Source: Balanoglossus misakiensis (taxonomy: Eukaryota > Animalia > Hemichordata). Taken from it: DNA of 64,000 bases. The position numbers and the translations under genes were made by a program. How positions within the stretch are numbered: position 1 is the first letter of the stretch; each line of letters starts with the position of its first letter. Below, in pieces: positions 13,184 to 23,935 of this stretch. Location of the stretch: contig CM082583.2 of assembly GCA_040954595.2 (NCBI GenBank), positions 12,139,222 through 12,203,221 of the forward strand. Reading direction: 5' to 3'. The notes below the pieces were generated by a model that worked only from the letters and a program-made list of their open reading frames with translations, was not told the origin of the DNA and made no database searches.

Positions 13184-14281
13184 TCGGAAACAATGAACAC
13201 GAACGTGTGTCTGTTTTTATTGTTGTTGGTAAATGAACCTGACAGGGTTCACCTACTCCAGTATTTATGAAGTTGGCGACGCAACTATTGGCTAGGGGAA
13301 TAATCGATACGCGATGACGTTGTTAAAGACAGCGCTCTTTTGGAGCACGTCAGCAATAGTACACGTGTTGTCACGCCTGATAAAAAGTGACAGAATGGCC
13401 CGCTTGAGTAAACATCGCCTTCTTTGATTGGCATTTTACTAGCTCTGTGCCGATTGTCCACTCATCATCTCTAAAAAACGGTCGCTTTGAAATATTAGAA
13501 CGTTTGGGCCTCCAGGGAGGAGAAAAACTGGTGGTTAAGAAAAATCTGATGTGTAATGATATTTTCATTAACTTGTGAACTAAATAATAATCTTGAAGTG
13601 TTTTGGTTACTTATTCGTGTTAAGTCTAGGCATAGGTGCGTTAATGTGGATTTAATTAACACAAACTGGATACCAAAGCTCTCGATAACACATCAGTAAC
13701 AAACAAGTACATCGTTCAAGGCCAGAGCACTTGACCGTACTCTTCTCTCTCATTATTCAAGTGCACACCTTCAAAGTGCTACAAGACACAACAAACAAAT
13801 TTTATCTAAGTTGTGAACGGTATCGAGGTCAATGTTTACGACGGACACCAATAGTGATGGCGGTATTTTAAAATTCTGGGGCCATGTTAAGGACCAGCCA
13901 CTTGAACTGGCTCAGATTGGTGTTTTTCTGATGTCAAGTTTCTCATATTGACCCCCGTTTCTCTGTACATCTGCGTCACATATCTGGAATTATGTCACAT
14001 TTGTTTCCTTGTTTTTAAGTTAAGACGTCAAAATATTATTTCTGTGCGCTTGCGAAACTTGGGACGTACTTGTGAGCCAAGTACATGTAATTGTACGCAA
14101 TAAACGGACAAAATCGAATAAATATATTCTTCCAGTTAGGGCTTTGAAATAGGGATTCACGAATTTTGTTTAATAGGTGACCTTTCACCTTCAGAGTCAC
14201 CTCTGTCATGAGTGTATCGATCACCGTCATTTTTGAATAATGAATTGGCTATCGATTTTGAATAGGATAATGCGTTCGCGG

Positions 14282-14300
14282 TGACCACTAGGTGGCGTTG
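14282..14300 (+). promoter_or_regulatory. CTCF-binding motif TGACCACTAGGTGGCGTTG
   Basis: Core CCACTAGGTGGCG matches CCASYAGRKGGCR. It lies about 210 bp upstream of the nAChR ATG, between two divergent genes. Confidence 0.6.
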
Positions 14301-14511
14301 TCAATGAATGAGTATAGGGACAGTGAACGATACACACAGCCAGCTGTGGGTAACTCGTCGCGGCGTTTGATTTTTTTCCTCTGTTAGATCTCTTTCTGTT
14401 CAATAGCCGGTTCAGCCTGTGGGAGAAGGGGGATTCAAAGCCCGTTTCCCAAACTGACTTTTTTTCGGTTGACTTTCGTATGTTTGTCTTGCGTTCACGG
14501 ATCCTGCAAGA

Positions 14512-14590
14512 ATGAGGCGTGTCTGCATCGGCTCTCGGTCTCATCCATGGACATATCTAACTCTGGGTATCTGGTGTCTCGGAATCTCAG
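14512..14590 (+). CDS. nAChR exon 1 (signal peptide [26 protein letters not shown])
   Basis: ATG, basic n-region plus hydrophobic stretch, and a perfect phase-1 donor CAG|GTAAGT. Joins to VVTC-QS, a plausible cleavage site. Confidence 0.7.
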
Positions 14591-17500
14591 GTAAGTCCAA
14601 CGCGCAGGCTCCTTGGCGAAATGAAAGTTGTGCACTTCCAGACACTTTACAGAAACTCCTGGCGTGTAATCGACAAGAGATGAAATGAAAGATTGGTAAT
14701 TTTGAACGATGGAAAACCTGAAAGTGATTGCTCAAACTCAAGTCTGTATAGCAAGGTCATCGACGCTTGTATAATGCTTACAATTTGGTCTTTTCATTGA
14801 GGATTATGTGATTAATTCCTTGACTAACGGATAAACTGCCTACGTGGGGTATCTTTAGTGAAAGCGGTTTTTTCATATTGTTTTCCTGTGCCCAGCAAGT
14901 TTAGGGAAGCACATATTTACGTTCCCATCGATCGATCGCGTACTCTATACGGCACAAAACAACACGGACACTCGCGAACAAACGTTCCGTTGGTTTTTCT
15001 TTCACGGTCGATTAGGAGAAGCTTTCAATATTTGTTTACGAGCGGAGAAGCAAGACAACATCATAATCCGTTTTTGTTTTTCGGCTCGCATCGCTGGATG
15101 ACTCCAGGGGGATCAGAAGTCACTACCCAGTATCTGCATTGCTAATAGCAATCGATCGATAAAGATGAAAACGGTTAGGAATCCAACGTACTGAAGGGGT
15201 ATCATACCAAAGATCTGATAACCTAATTACGTAACGAAAGCTTTGCATCTCTGGCAACGAAAGTACAACATTTATATGATGTCACAGGCCACAATAAGGC
15301 AACGCGGTGACGACAAAGTCTAAATTTTCAGTTGCATCTTTGAAAATGTTTAATAATGTATAACGAGTGCATTGTTTACCTGTTTTTCTAATTAGTGATG
15401 CTTCATCTGCAAAATTTCACCTTTGACCCCAGATCTGCCCGATTACTGAGTAAATGCACAGTATCACTTGCAAACCGTGACACCCGAAGCTTCTTTAGGC
15501 CCACAGCAAAGATGGTGATATATTTGAAATCATATGATTTTCGTTCACAAACATTTACAGGGTAACCTTACTTATTTTTCGTTAATTTTATGAGAATAAT
15601 TAAGCGTTACCCTCGTCAATGCGTATTAAAATTCCCAGATTTGTGATGTACGTTTCGTCATTAACTGGTTGGCAAATTAGCCAGCAGGCGCCTGTAATAC
15701 TGAACGTCCAAATCCACTCAAACAATTTTCAGATAAAACGTGGTAATTTACAGGGACTCAGTGAAGATAACAAACATATATGCATTTTAAAATCAATACT
15801 GCGGCTAAAATCAAAACGTTTGATTTTAATTTAGATGCTCTCACCCCACTAATTAAATTTGTGTTCGTTTTTACTCTCCAAACAGATCCGATTATATTGA
15901 TTTTAATTTTGAGACAAGTGCAGGAATTGATATTGCGTTTTTGTTCATGGGTGGGGCTGCAGTTTTGTGTGAGTGACGTCATACAAGTACAAGCGATGAT
16001 CATTGTTGGGAATGGAATGATGATGTGTCGCCATTTTTGTTTAATTACTGTGACTTCGATCGGGTCACGCGCAGGATAGATGCAACGCTTACATCTAATG
16101 GGTGTTGAATTTCTTCTAAACTCTTCCCTTTTCTCTTTCTTTCATATTCTCTTCCGTCGTGCATTCTCCTCTGCTGGTCACGTGCCAGTTGTCACATGTC
16201 AGTCAACTGAATCAACTGCTACGTCACTTCCGCCAGGTAACTGTTTTTAAACTTTAAAATGATAACATGTCCAAGTGATCCTGATATTGTCCGTTTTTCT
16301 AACTTTCACGGAAAACTTTTCGTTCACTTGTTGACGGTGGAATATACTAGTAAATGAATCCGGCCTCTGTAACACATCCACTTCATTTTCAGTGTCATCG
16401 CTTTTGTTAACAACTCTACCAGGGGCAGACTCAACCTCTGACGTCACCACCACGTCATCAAACAGTGAGTACATTTTATCACGTGTATAAATTTCTTAAT
16501 AATGTGAGCATATATAACAGAGTCTAGAATGTTAGGTTTCTACTGCTTCCATCGTGGAATATACTTGGTAGTTTTACAAGCTGTGACAGAGGGAAAGCTC
16601 GGAAAATTAACATCCCATTTTTTCTTTGACAGCGTCGACCAGTACGTTCTTCAACACCGATCCGTTTACCGGTAAACCAAAATTCAGTATCTTCAACCCC
16701 GGCTAATAATGCATGCATGCACGGGTTAAACGATAATCATAATGATAACTACTGTAAAATATCCTCTGTCTATAAAGTCAGTAAATATTGTACCTGCAAG
16801 ACCGAACATCCGGGCTCTTACGGAGAACTTGTCGTGCAGAGTTCCAGCATGTCTGAACTTTGTTGTTCTGTGTAAGTTCCATTTCAGCAATGAAGATAAA
16901 TTTCTTCTCCTGCAAATTTCCTTAGGTCCTTAAATTGTAACTTCCAAAAAGTCAAATAGCATCAACCCTAAAGCGTATATATAGCAAATCCTTGTTGTTT
17001 GTTGTTGTTGTTTGCAGTCTCAGTAAAAATACCCCGGACTCGAATGCGTAACATTTGTGAGAGATTTTGTAGCTTTACGCGTTTTAAACACAATGTGGTT
17101 ACTTTGCAGTGACCCTTCCATCGGGCGCTTCTAACGTCACTGAAGAACACGACCACAGCACTTTACACATCGTAGAAGGTTACGAAAACATCGAACTACA
17201 GGAGTTCAAAGTCGTGACTGATATGTTGGAGGGTTACACAAAGTATGTCCGGCCAGTGCGAAGATACTCCGACACCTTACAAGTCACGCTGTCGTTATCC
17301 CTGAATACCATCATCGATATGGTAAGATACTTCACAAAATATCGCCCTCCTTCACATCCCAACTCTAGCTGATGTCGAGAACCACGTGTTATAAGCTTTT
17401 GTACATAAAATAGCAATGCAGACAAAGGGTTGAAGGTTTGTGCGAAAATAAAATCTCTCTCTCAACTCTCAACAGGATGAAGTCAATCAAGTACTGACTA

Positions 17501-19235
17501 CAAGTGTCTGGATGAGACAGGCAAGTCGCGACATTTTGCCCTTGGGTTTTCTGCGCGTGCGATATTAATGGGAAAATCTATATAAACTGAATATAAAAAC
17601 AAACGGGACCCACACCCCCGACTCCTGGGGCGCTAGGCCAAGACGCAGAGCAGCCCGTGATGAGATTTTTGCCTTTTTTCCACGAGCTATCGCACACTGT
17701 GTTAAATTAATTATTATCATGTGTTTATTACTCATAGTCATGGAAAGATGCTAGTTTTGTATGGGACCCATCAAAATACAACGGCGTAACTGAAATCAGA
17801 TTACCATCGGATGAAATATGGACCCCGGATATCGTGCTTTACAATAAGTAAGTTTTTTTGTGTGATCCAGCTCATCCAGCCACCTTTTGTTTGTTTGTTT
17901 GTGTCGATTACAAATCGGGTACTTTTACCTTTACAGCGCTGCAGACAGCTTTGAAGGTGGCGTTATGCCAACCAATGCCATCATCCAATCAGACGGCACG
18001 GTAACCTGGCTGTCGCCGGCCATTTTGAAGAGCGCCTGCAGGCTGGACCCGCTCTTCTTCCCCTTCGACATCCAGAACTGTTCGCTGCGCTTCGGCTCGT
18101 GGAGCTACGACGGCTTGCAACTGAACCTGACGTCGGACAGCACGGAGGCGGACACCAGCGTCTACTCGAGCAACGGCGAGTGGGAGTTGCTAGGCATGCC
18201 GGTGGAGGTGCGCATCGTCAAGTACGCATGCTGCGATACACCATACCCGGATGTGAGGTTCTACATGATCTTACAGAGAATGTCGCTGTTCTACATGTTC
18301 AACCTGATCATCCCGTGCATAATGATATCGACGCTGGTGCTCTTCGTCTTCTTTCTGCCGAGCGACGCCGGCGAGAAGATCACGCTCAGCATCACCATCC
18401 TTCTCTCGCTGGCCGTGTTCCTCCTCCTGGTCGCCGAAACTATGCCCCCAACGTCGGACGTTGTCCCCCTCATAGGTGAGAAAACTAACTCTATTTTTAC
18501 GCGAATATTCAGCCATTTTGAAAGAGCGCTGGACAACTAAGAGACGTGCAAGCGCATGATTGCCAACAGAAGGTGGTTGTGTGATTGTCAAAAGGCTTTA
18601 TGGGTGAACCGAAGATGTGAAACGACTTACCATTGGTGTTTCAAATAAATATTTCATGTTTACACTTTTCAGGTCAGTACTTTGCATCGACTATCTTCCT
18701 CGTTGGTTTAGCGACGGCGGCGACTGTGGCGGCGTCGTCCAACCACCACCACGGTGATGTCAGCGAGGTCCCACCCTGGGTACGATACCTGGTGTTGAAT
18801 AAAATGGCGTTCTTCGTTGGCCTCCGGGGGAGCCTGTCGGGGAACTCGAGTCTCCGCGATGAAGAAGACTCCCCCGGTGACGGCGATACTCCGCTCGGCG
18901 GCGTTATCAATCCGGTCTTCGAGGGCGACGACCTCGGGGCCCGGGGCGCTATCGCCGACAACTTTGGGGAAGGCGACGGCGCCATCTTGTTGGAGGACAT
19001 CGCGCCGAGCGAGGAAGTCTCGCTGATCGACAGGTACGTTGAGCAGATCGCCCGGAATGTCGAATTCGTCGCCAGGCGCGAAGAGGACAAGGACAAAAGT
19101 GAAGCCACGGCAACGGAGTGGAAGAAGGTCGCCATGGTACTGGATCGCTTCTTCATGTATATTTTCTCGGTTGTGGTCATTGCAGTAACTATCACTTTTA
19201 TGGTAATGGCCGCCAATCACGTGTCCGTCGTTTAA
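14512..19235 (+). CDS. Nicotinic acetylcholine receptor alpha subunit (alpha7/alpha9-10 class), 9 coding exons: 14512-14590, 16189-16236, 16393-16464, 16633-16671, 17110-17321, 17476-17520, 17738-17847, 17937-18475, 18673-19235 (1707 nt, 568 aa)
   Basis: Loop [10 protein letters not shown], Cys-loop [15 protein letters not shown], loop B WSYDG, loop C YACCDTPY (vicinal Cys defines an alpha subunit), M2 [23 protein letters not shown] (cation type), M3 QYFAST, and [13 protein letters not shown] before M4. Splice phases are mutually consistent. The last five exons are secure; the first four are predicted from splice signals. Confidence 0.93.
16189..16236 (+). CDS. nAChR microexon 2 (48 nt, [16 protein letters not shown])
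   Basis: Long polypyrimidine tract + CCAG acceptor; CAG|GTAACT donor; phase 1-1. Confidence 0.65.
16393..16464 (+). CDS. nAChR microexon 3 (72 nt, [24 protein letters not shown])
   Basis: CTTCATTTTCAG acceptor and A|GTGAGT donor; phase 1-1. An in-frame alternative acceptor at 16421-16422 would give a 42-nt exon. Confidence 0.65.
16633..16671 (+). CDS. nAChR microexon 4 (39 nt, [13 protein letters not shown])
   Basis: TTTTTTTCTTTGACAG acceptor and CCG|GTAAAC donor; phase 1-1. Confidence 0.6.
17110..17321 (+). CDS. nAChR exon 5 (alpha1 helix, YTKYVRPV, beta1 strand to IIDM)
   Basis: TTTGCAG acceptor and ATG|GTAAGA donor; typical nAChR N-terminal sequence. Confidence 0.9.
17476..17520 (+). 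CDS. nAChR exon 6 (45 nt, [15 protein letters not shown], loop D) with GC donor
   Basis: Conserved 45-nt nAChR exon ending CAG|GCAAGT. Confidence 0.92.
17738..17847 (+). CDS. nAChR exon 7 (110 nt, SWKD...WDPSKYNG...[10 protein letters not shown], loop A)
   Basis: Conserved 110-nt nAChR exon with CATAG acceptor and AA|GTAAGT donor. Confidence 0.95.
17937..18475 (+). CDS. nAChR exon 8 (Cys-loop, loops B/C, M1, M2 to VPLIG)
   Basis: TTTACAG acceptor, TAG|GTGAGA donor and hallmark motifs. Confidence 0.97.
18673..19235 (+). CDS. nAChR exon 9 (M3, intracellular loop, MA helix, M4, stop)
   Basis: CTTTTCAG acceptor; QYFAST...HHH...PPWV...[13 protein letters not shown]. Confidence 0.96.
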
Positions 19236-19736
19236 ATACCCGGAAGTGTTTCACATGGCAATACTTTACCTATTTACTAGTATTTTGTACATGAACCCAT
19301 ACCAACCAAGTTAACCAATATATTATATTCCCGTGTCTTATTGAATATTTTGTAGTTTCAGACTTTTCCTCGTAAACCGTACAGTGACAAATTTGCATTT
19401 GCTGCATTCTGTATCATGTGTGTGGAGTTTAGATTACGGAAGAGTAAACGAAAGTACCGCCAATGTTCGTTGTCTGCCTAACGTGACGCTGTTTCAACCA
19501 CCTGTTGATTCACAGCTCCCAGTTCGGGAGCTGACGCGAGAGGGCGCCATGGACTGACTACCTTCGAAGGCATCAGAGGGATAATATTCTCATTGTTTGG
19601 TGTTACTTTTTGGCATGACAGTTATGTCATATCATCGTGCTGTTTCTTTTTTACTAATTTGTTACGCTAAATTTAAACTTAAAGAAGGAAGGCAATTAAT
19701 TTGAAAATGGTAACTTTTTCACTCTTTGGGTTGTGT

Positions 19737-19742
19737 AATAAA
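19737..19742 (+). terminator. Candidate polyadenylation signal of the nAChR gene
   Basis: First AATAAA seen after the stop, about 500 nt downstream; a second occurs near 19868. Confidence 0.4.
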
Positions 19743-22700
19743 TTATCAATGATTTGAGAATGCGTTCACTGCCTCTCTCTCTCTCTCTCTGTCTCTCTAG
19801 ACAGAAAATGTTGTTTGGATGGAGATGGCGACGTGTTTTTGTCGTTTGCTGCATCAAAACGGAACAAAATAAAAGGCAAACAAAACTGTTAATAAGCCCC
19901 CGTCGTTTCTACAAAACGCCGCAATACCAAAATCTGCGCGTGCTTTTCCCCTTCTACCAGCATCTTTGAAATCCATTAACGTATCCATTAACACAAATAG
20001 GTTGGGAAGGGAATGTATGGGCTGGCTTGTGAGTAAATGCGGGTACATACGAACGTTGCTTCTCCAGCATTCGCAGAACCCACCAAACACATCCTGGAAC
20101 CCCTCCCCTTTATCCCAAAAATACCGACAGGAGAAAGAAGGGGGCGATGTAAAATTCACAAGAGATCCCAAATTACATTTTCAAATCATATTTAGTTACC
20201 ACTTAATTGTCCATATTAACATACAATGTATGCTGATCGGAAGGGAACCAGCGATTTGTATTTTTATATTTTAATTGGCCAATCAAGCTAGGTTGCCCTG
20301 TTCAGATCCCTGCGGCTGATTATTAAGAGCTTTGTCATTATTCCAAGATTAGCACCGTGTGTTTAAATTTTCAGATTCGGATGCCTTTTTGCATCGGATA
20401 ACAGTTTAAAATCTGAGTTGATGTCCAGTCATCCATAGAAATATGTTAGTTGCGATGATGAATATGCCGTCCAAGCTGCCTAGAGCACTTTAAAGTTGTC
20501 TCTCATGGTGAAGAACTGAGCCATAAACTTTAATCAATTTTCATGAAGTGATTGTCTTTCACGTTTTGCGTCCAATGTACCGTGGAAGGTCCTATGGAAA
20601 CATATTTTTCAAAGGGAACCCGAGCCAGCGTCATAGAATATCAGGGAATATTAGACCATGTCACTCTGAAGTGTGTGGTGTGTTTTTGCTGCCCCTAAAC
20701 TCCTCTGTGATCTGGGTTGTTTTCGACAGTGTTCGGTTCGACCGGCACCCACCCGAAGTTGAAATACGAGTGAATCACTTGGACGTGACAATCGCCGCTG
20801 TTTATCCGTCGAACGTGCGAATTGCAATTACCCTTGCATGTCGGTTGTTTAAGGGCAGGTTACATGTGTGACTTGTATGTGCCAACGGCCATAACAAGAC
20901 ACGGCGCGTCTTCTTAATGTTCCCCTTAAATATATATTATTAGAGTCCGTTCGGCTAACCCATTGCTGCATTTACAGCCCTCAGCACTATTCACTTCTTC
21001 TGAAAGTGACGACCAGCCAAACTTCAAAAAATCATTTAATTTGGGTATTTATATCAACGAGCACTCTCTCAATATCCTATACTTCCATTGTCATGTGATT
21101 GTAATGAATACATGTACATTGAAAACACCACGATTGCACGAGTTGGAAATATAGCTTACCGACCGTCTATACAGAGATATTTAATCTGCCTAGCAAATAC
21201 CGCAACACCCTCTTTGTGTCATTTTTGCAGAACACTATCCAATCTTACTCTCTCTTTTCTGTAAATTACACCATTTGGTTAGTATCAGGTGCCGGTGGCG
21301 GCGTGAATATGCCATCCCTTGATGAACTATCACCTTGGTAAACATAGTTAGATCTCCTGCCTAATTTGGAAAACTTTAAATGCCGTTATTCAAAACTCGT
21401 TTGTTGGCGAACGTGGAAGGGGACCGACTGATCATGTTGATGTCCAAACTCTGCCAAAGTTTGGCATGCATCCCGCGTTGTCGCTGCGCACTCTAACAGT
21501 GTCAGAATCAAAGTGGGCTTACATACTAAATATTACAACAGTTGTATTTTGATGACTAATGCGTACGTTCGGTTCGCATATGTTGATTACCTGGCCCTCT
21601 GACGCCAATCTTTGAAACAAACAAAAACTTTTACGAAACGAGAAGCGTATGTGTCACAGTATATGACAAATTACTCTTCTCTAACTTAACAGATCATTTT
21701 GTTTGACCAAAAAAGGGGAATGCGAGTGTGTTTGTTTCGTACTCGCCATCAGACTGACAATTACAAGCCCCGTTGCCATGGTAAGATGATGCAAAGAGTG
21801 ACAATGCTGTAATAAAATTCTAGAGTCGTTGGACACAGACGCATACGTCGCCATCATCAAGGGGAATATTATAAATAATTCAGGTGTCGAGCATTTGCAA
21901 ATGGGAAAAAACAACCACTCGCTTCGACGTAGATACATTTTTGATTAACAAAGTATACATGTGTGAATGCAGGGTAACCACGGTCCATACGTAAAACTCT
22001 CGACAGTATCCATGCCTTTTTACGTTGGGCCCCATGACAACGGGCGCGCCTTCTAACATTCACGGATATAGAATCTGCGTACAGCATTTTCTTGTACATA
22101 TTTTGAGTGCCCGTTTCGCAGGAGTTTCACCCCTCAAAATCGTTTCTCTGTCAGGCTCTGCATGTTTGGCAACTAGGCGTGCCAGTGGGTGGGTGAGAGG
22201 GGCTGGTGAGAGGCCTCGGCAGTCACCTTTTTAAGCCCCCGTTTTTATGCCGACTTCATTACTCCGTATAACAAGTTGCCGAGATAAGGTAACACGATGG
22301 TGTCGCCTGCCCGAGCATACAAGTCAGCCGTGTGGAGCTATTTTCTACACAGTGAAACCCTTGCTCACGAAACAACGCCCCTTCTCCTGTACACACTGCC
22401 CCTCGGCGTTTTCTTATTTATGTTTTGTTGTTGTTTTTGTTTAATTTATTCTGCATTGTTCGGGATTCCGTAATACCAGAAGCAGATACTCTTGTTGTTT
22501 CGCAAGACACACAATTATTTTTTTCGCCAATAATTACTATTTGCTCGCTGTGTTTGCATTCTGTCGCGTACAAAGATAACTTTCTGTGGTGGCGTTTGCG
22601 TGGCCGGGAAACCCCAACGGGATCGACCGTGTGCTTCTGCCGTTACTTCGTCGCCGGCCTCTCTTGCCAAAACGAATTCCGTCAATCTGGATTCGCGTCG

Positions 22701-23722
22701 AATGAGCAGAGGGGATTTTTGTTTCATATTCTGGTGCCTTTGTTTTCTAAATACCGTGGGATTCTCTCAGGATTGGCCGTTGCCGCCACTGTGGTCTAAT
22801 TTTAAGAGATTGTGGCGAACTGGAAGCCTCACTAAACCGTGATTACAACCCGAACCGCGAAAACGTTTAATTAAAATCCAACATTGATTTATTTAATTCG
22901 CCTTGTAACCAAAAAAAAATATCCGTAGCGAGCCCTGCTCTAATGGTGACGAGTTTAAAAGAACTTTGCAATTCTAATATATTTATATTCCATTTGTAGA
23001 TTGGCAAAATACCATTTCATTGATGTTTACAAGAACGAACGATGATTACATTTCATTTGTAAGATCGATTTATCTCTAGTAATCTGAAATATATATCTCC
23101 GCGTTACAAGAGCAAATTCTCAGATCTGCATGGTGCGACTGAGAAAATATTTGATTTTCGACCATCGGAGACTTTGGGATTACACGCATCTGTTCAGTCA
23201 GTGGCCACTGGGTGTTTTTCTTGGTTGGTTCAATAATGAAAACTCAGTGGACTTTATGTAGAACATACATTTGTTTTGTGTTCAAAGACAAGTTATTAGA
23301 AATGCAAATAGTCATACTGTCAAGAAAGTAACAAGGCTCAGAAATCTGTGATGCTCATCATGGTTTACTGAAAGGCGCTGAAGCTAATGTTTTTTCTTCG
23401 TTCTTTTGGGGCACCAATAAACAATCATCGTGTAGTGGGCCGCAATCTCCAATCGGTGTGCTCGGTCACGATTTTCGCACAATGGAAGGAGCGGGATAAC
23501 AATCGGCCACCACCACACCGATAATTCCCCCACTCTTCCTTCCCAGGGAGAACCTTTTCAGAATTTAAAACGTTTTTTTTCCACACATATTTTGCACAGC
23601 AGAACTCGGGGATTATACACTACACGACGTACCTATACTTTCAGTTTAGATGTGTACCCCAATCTGTTCATTTTGCGTTGTGTCGTTTCTCGCAGCGCGG
23701 TCAGCTTTTTCAGGGGTGAAAT

Positions 23723-23935
23723 AGGAAATACGGCACAGCTTCCAAGCCGGCGAGGAACAGAACAGCTCACACGGGCAAGTCCAAATTAGCAGCTACGCCG
23801 CAACACAACGTGCGGGCTTTTTATATGGGGAAAATAATGAATGCACCACACCTGGTCACGCAAATATTCAAATTAAGAAAATAAACGAAAAACACACCTG
23901 GTCACAAAACAACAGCAAACCTAACCTACATAACA
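23723..23935 (-). mobile_element. Truncated LTR fragment of the same family as the solo LTR at 33019-33665
   Basis: About 94% identical (11 substitutions + 1 indel, counted by eye) to 33454-33665. Similarity ends at the LTR terminus ...CATAACA. Confidence 0.8.

Noticed and set aside
15295-15310. TAAGGCAACGCGGTGA resembles miR-124-3p (a similar string occurs at 52681)
   Set aside because: It needs an insertion next to or within the seed, the 3' end differs, and there is no pre-miRNA-sized hairpin with a star arm.
16098-16236. Alternative nAChR start at ATG 16098 ([15 protein letters not shown]...)
   Set aside because: In frame, but the sequence is better explained as the polypyrimidine tract of microexon 2. 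The exon at 14512 gives a better signal peptide and donor. Not fully excluded.
17018-17047. Possible fourth phase 1-1 microexon (30 nt)
   Set aside because: Good acceptor but weak donor (C|GTAACA), only a 62-nt following intron, and a composition unlike the other microexons.
18099-19220. Alternate-frame and antisense ORFs over nAChR exons 8-9
   Set aside because: Shadows of the real CDS.
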